The notes below the pieces were generated by a model that had not been told where the DNA came from, searched no databases, and worked only from the letters and a program-made list of their open reading frames with translations. Source: Candidatus Tectimicrobiota bacterium (GTDB lineage Bacteria; JACPUC01). Taken from it: 64,000 nucleotides of DNA. The first letter of the stretch is position 1, and every line of letters starts with the position of its first letter. The stretch is taken from the NCBI GenBank assembly GCA_016192455.1, contig JACPUC010000009.1, forward strand, positions 62,001 to 126,000, in the 5' to 3' direction. A program made the translations under genes and the position numbers. This document shows, piece by piece, positions 61,392 through 64,000 of this stretch.

Positions 61392-61711
61392 GTCGTGTCT
61401 CGTTGATTCGTGGCGGAATCGTGGGCTGCGGTCCGGTCGGAGAACTTTTGCGATACGACCTTCCCGCTTCGCGCACCCCCGACCCTGCGACCATTTCCCA
61501 GCGGCAGAGGGTTGGGATGGGGGTGGGACGCGAGAACCCAGCGTTGCGCCAGCCGTTCGCCAGCCGGCGTAGGCAGGGTGAATTCCAGCCTTGTGCGCCT
61601 GCTGAGGCGCGCGGGAAGAGGGCGGCCCCCCACTCTAGCCTGCTTCGCCATGGAGATTCCGGGTCGCCTATGACAACGGCAGGCCGGCGAGCTCGCGCCG
61701 GCGGACGGGCA

Positions 61712-62251
61712 TCACGCAGATTGCGGCAAGGGAACCCAGCGCGATGGCAGGTATTTACTCCAGCGTTGGAGCTGCGAGGGCGTGGGGGCGTGCGCCATGA
61801 GTTGGTACCAGAAGTAATGCGGACGGAAAGGACGGCGACGCAACCTGAGGTTGCTGGCGGCCAAGGGGCGATCACCCTTGCGCAGGTTGCAGGGGTGACA
61901 GGCGACGACGACATTCTCCCAGCTCGTCGCCCCGCCCTGGGAGCGAGGCACGACGTGGTCGAGCGTCAGGTCCGCGCCGCGCGCGCCGCAATACTGGCAG
62001 GTAAAGTCATCACGGCGGAAGACGTTCCGTTTGCTGAAGCTCACGGCCAGCCGGGAGGGCCTGTGGATGTAGCGATTGAGGCGGACCACCGACGGCTCGA
62101 GCATGCTGAGGCGCTCGCTGCGCAGACGGCCCTCTCCCCTCTCGACATACTCCGCTTTACCGACCAGGAGGAGGATGATTGCTCGGCGTGTAGAGGTAAA
62201 GTGGAGAGGCTCATAGGACTGATTCAGCACCAGTACCCGTACATACGGCAT
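61712..62251 (-). CDS. Stand-alone HNH endonuclease (McrA/COG1403-like)
   Basis: GGAGGG RBS; VLVLNQSYEPL, PSVVRL, RDDFTCQYCG, DHVVPRSQGG, NVVVACHPCN. Confidence 0.92.
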   Translation of the reverse strand: MPYVRVLVLNQSYEPLHFTSTRRAIILLLVGKAEYVERGEGRLRSERLSMLEPSVVRLNRYIHRPSRLAVSFSKRNVFRRDDFTCQYCGARGADLTLDHVVPRSQGGATSWENVVVACHPCNLRKGDRPLAASNLRLRRRPFRPHYFWYQLMAHAPTPSQLQRWSKYLPSRWVPLPQSA

Positions 62252-62411
62252 ACACGGCCCTCCTGGGACATCGACCTCCACAGCCACAGCCAGGGAACCG
62301 CACAGCCCGCGCCATACTCCAGTCGGTTCATGCCAGCGTGGGTCTCCCGTGATGTCCCACCTCATCATCAACCTAGACAAAGCACTCCTTGTGCTTCGGG
62401 CGCTGGGGCGT

Positions 62412-62440
62412 ACTCTACAAACTTGGCCGTTCCCTGTCAA
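62412..62440 (-). promoter_or_regulatory. Sigma70 promoter of the HNH gene
   Basis: Minus strand TTGACA-N17-TAGAGT. Confidence 0.6.
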
Positions 62441-63028
62441 CGCCGCCCGGCGCCGCCTCCCGGTGCAGGAGGCTCGTGCTCGCGCGCGCAGGTGAACTCC
62501 GGAGATGGAGATTGGGGGCGGAGACTGAGGCAGGGGAGGGAGAAGTCTGGTCGCCGCAGCGGGAGAGTCTCTCGCCCCACGCCGGGCGCTCCTCTTCGGC
62601 TGCATTCCGGCGCTGTCCGCAGGATGAACCGTGAGGCTGTTCCCTTGTCTAACCTGGCGCCTCGGCCCGCGGCGCGACAGAGCACCGCGAGGCCGGGCCG
62701 GCCGCAACCCAGGGGCAACATCCGGGCAGCACCCCGATCAATGCTTTGGGCGCGGTCCAGAACGGGTGAGCGAGGCGGGAGCACACCTGTGGAAAGTTCT
62801 CCCCCTCCTCAACTTTCCAATTGAACCTCACGGACCGACCGTGCAGACTTGCAGGTGCGTCGCTTCATCCACGGCCACGGCCGGGGCCCGACCGGTGGCG
62901 CCCGCGCACCACCGCCGAGCCGCCGCATGCCGTGGCGCAAGCCGTCAGCGCCAGGCGGCGTCTCCCCGGGACGCCACTTCGGCGCCTCAGGAACGCTGAT
63001 GTCCGCCACGCGGAGCGCAAGAAAGACG

Positions 63029-64000
63029 ATGCGTCCCCTCCGCTACCTCCTTCTCGGTATGGTGGCTCTCGTGGCGGTGGCTATGGGCATCGCGGCAGCC
63101 CTGGGGATTGCCTCGGTGTCGCAGCTCCCGCAGGTTTCCGAGCTCGCCACCTTCCGGCCGAGCTCGACCACCCGCATCTATGACCGCAACGGCGAGCTGC
63201 TGGCGGAGTTTTTCCAGGAACGCCGGCACATCATCCCCCTCGGTGGCATGCCGCGCCACCTCATCAACGCCGTGCTGGCCGCGGAGGATCCGCGCTTCTA
63301 CACGCATGAGGGACTGGATTTCCGCGGCATCGCCAGGGCGCTGGTGGCCGACATCCGGCACGGCTCGATGAAGCAGGGGGGCTCGACGATCACCCAGCAG
63401 CTCGCGCGCGTGCTCTTCCTCTCCACCGAGAGGACCCTCATGCGCAAGCTGCGCGAGGCGCTCCTGGCGATGCTCATTGAGCGCCGCTACACGAAGGATG
63501 AGATTCTCTGGCTGTACCTGAACCAGATCTACCTCGGCAGCGGCGCCTACGGCGTGGAAGCCGCCGCGCAGACCTACTTCAGCAAGAACGCCAGCGCGCT
63601 CACCCTCCCCGAGGCGGCGCTCATTGCCGGGCTGCCGCAGGCACCCAGCGCCTATACCCCGTTCCGCAACCCCGCGCGCGCCGTGCAGCGTCGCAACCAT
63701 GTGCTGCGCCGCATGTGGGCCGAGGGATTCCTTCCTGAGGTCACGTACAAGAGGGCGATCCAGGCCCCCATGCAGCTCGCGCCGCGACAGGCGGCGGGAC
63801 AAAGCTCCACCTCGGCCCCGTTCTGGGTGGAGATGATCCGCCAATACCTCGAATCATCGTATGGCGCCGAGGCGATCTACCACACCGGCCTCGAAGTCCA
63901 CACCACCCTCGATCTCACTTTCCAGCGCGATGCCCAAAAGGCCCTGCGGCAAGGTCTGCGGGAACTGGACCGGCGGGGGCGCTATCGCGGCGTCCCGACC
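63029..64000 (+). CDS. mrcA: Penicillin-binding protein 1A family (3'-truncated; absent from the ORF track)
   Basis: Manual translation from ATG 63029 gives a TM helix, AAEDPRFYTHEG, GGSTITQQLAR, RKLRE and YLNQIYLG. Confidence 0.92.
   Translation, partial: MRPLRYLLLGMVALVAVAMGIAAALGIASVSQLPQVSELATFRPSSTTRIYDRNGELLAEFFQERRHIIPLGGMPRHLINAVLAAEDPRFYTHEGLDFRGIARALVADIRHGSMKQGGSTITQQLARVLFLSTERTLMRKLREALLAMLIERRYTKDEILWLYLNQIYLGSGAYGVEAAAQTYFSKNASALTLPEAALIAGLPQAPSAYTPFRNPARAVQRRNHVLRRMWAEGFLPEVTYKRAIQAPMQLAPRQAAGQSSTSAPFWVEMIRQYLESSYGAEAIYHTGLEVHTTLDLTFQRDAQKALRQGLRELDRRGRYRGVPT

Noticed and set aside
61509-61527. G-quadruplex-like GGGTTGGGATGGGGGTGGG
   Set aside because: Expected in GC-rich DNA and resembles a degenerate CCCAACCCTCTCCC-type intergenic repeat; no functional support.
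62560-62625. Glycine-riboswitch-like words (CCGAAG..ACTCTC) on the minus strand
   Set aside because: Lacks the conserved GGAGA and CUCUCAGG elements, and the gene context does not fit.

Overview
High-GC bacterial chromosomal segment from a diderm organism. The gene content and order suggest a Tectomicrobia, deltaproteobacterial or NC10-like lineage, but this is inference only. The left ~22 kb is accessory. It holds a PAS/GAF kinase with a response regulator, a GAF-AAA sigma54 activator, two UbiD decarboxylases flanking recQ, an SsuA/THI5-type binding protein, an LLM monooxygenase and a membrane diheme cytochrome. It also holds an SOS locus (SH3-like ORF <- lexA -> small ORF -> adenine MTase -> Y-family polymerase) and a lone hydantoinase-B-type subunit. 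The rest is core genome: purHD, rlmN, coaD, an aminotransferase, recN-nadK, fbp, a carboxyltransferase and crotonase, and a long minus-strand cluster (lnt-prfB-lysS-lolE-lolD-clpC-bamA-skp-lpxD-fabZ-lpxA-Gfo/Idh/MocA-lpxI-lpxB-DUF374-waaA-lpxK). It ends with an HNH nuclease and a partial PBP1A. No rRNA, tRNA, CRISPR array or transposase was recognised. The most notable observations are: (1) a possible PolV-like mutasome pairing an SH3-like protein that carries a clamp motif with a PolY; (2) a three-hairpin MITE-like family, two copies of which bracket an orphan MTase inside the lexA-dinB region; (3) GTAG REPs; and (4) candidate structured RNAs upstream of purH and between the HNH gene and mrcA.
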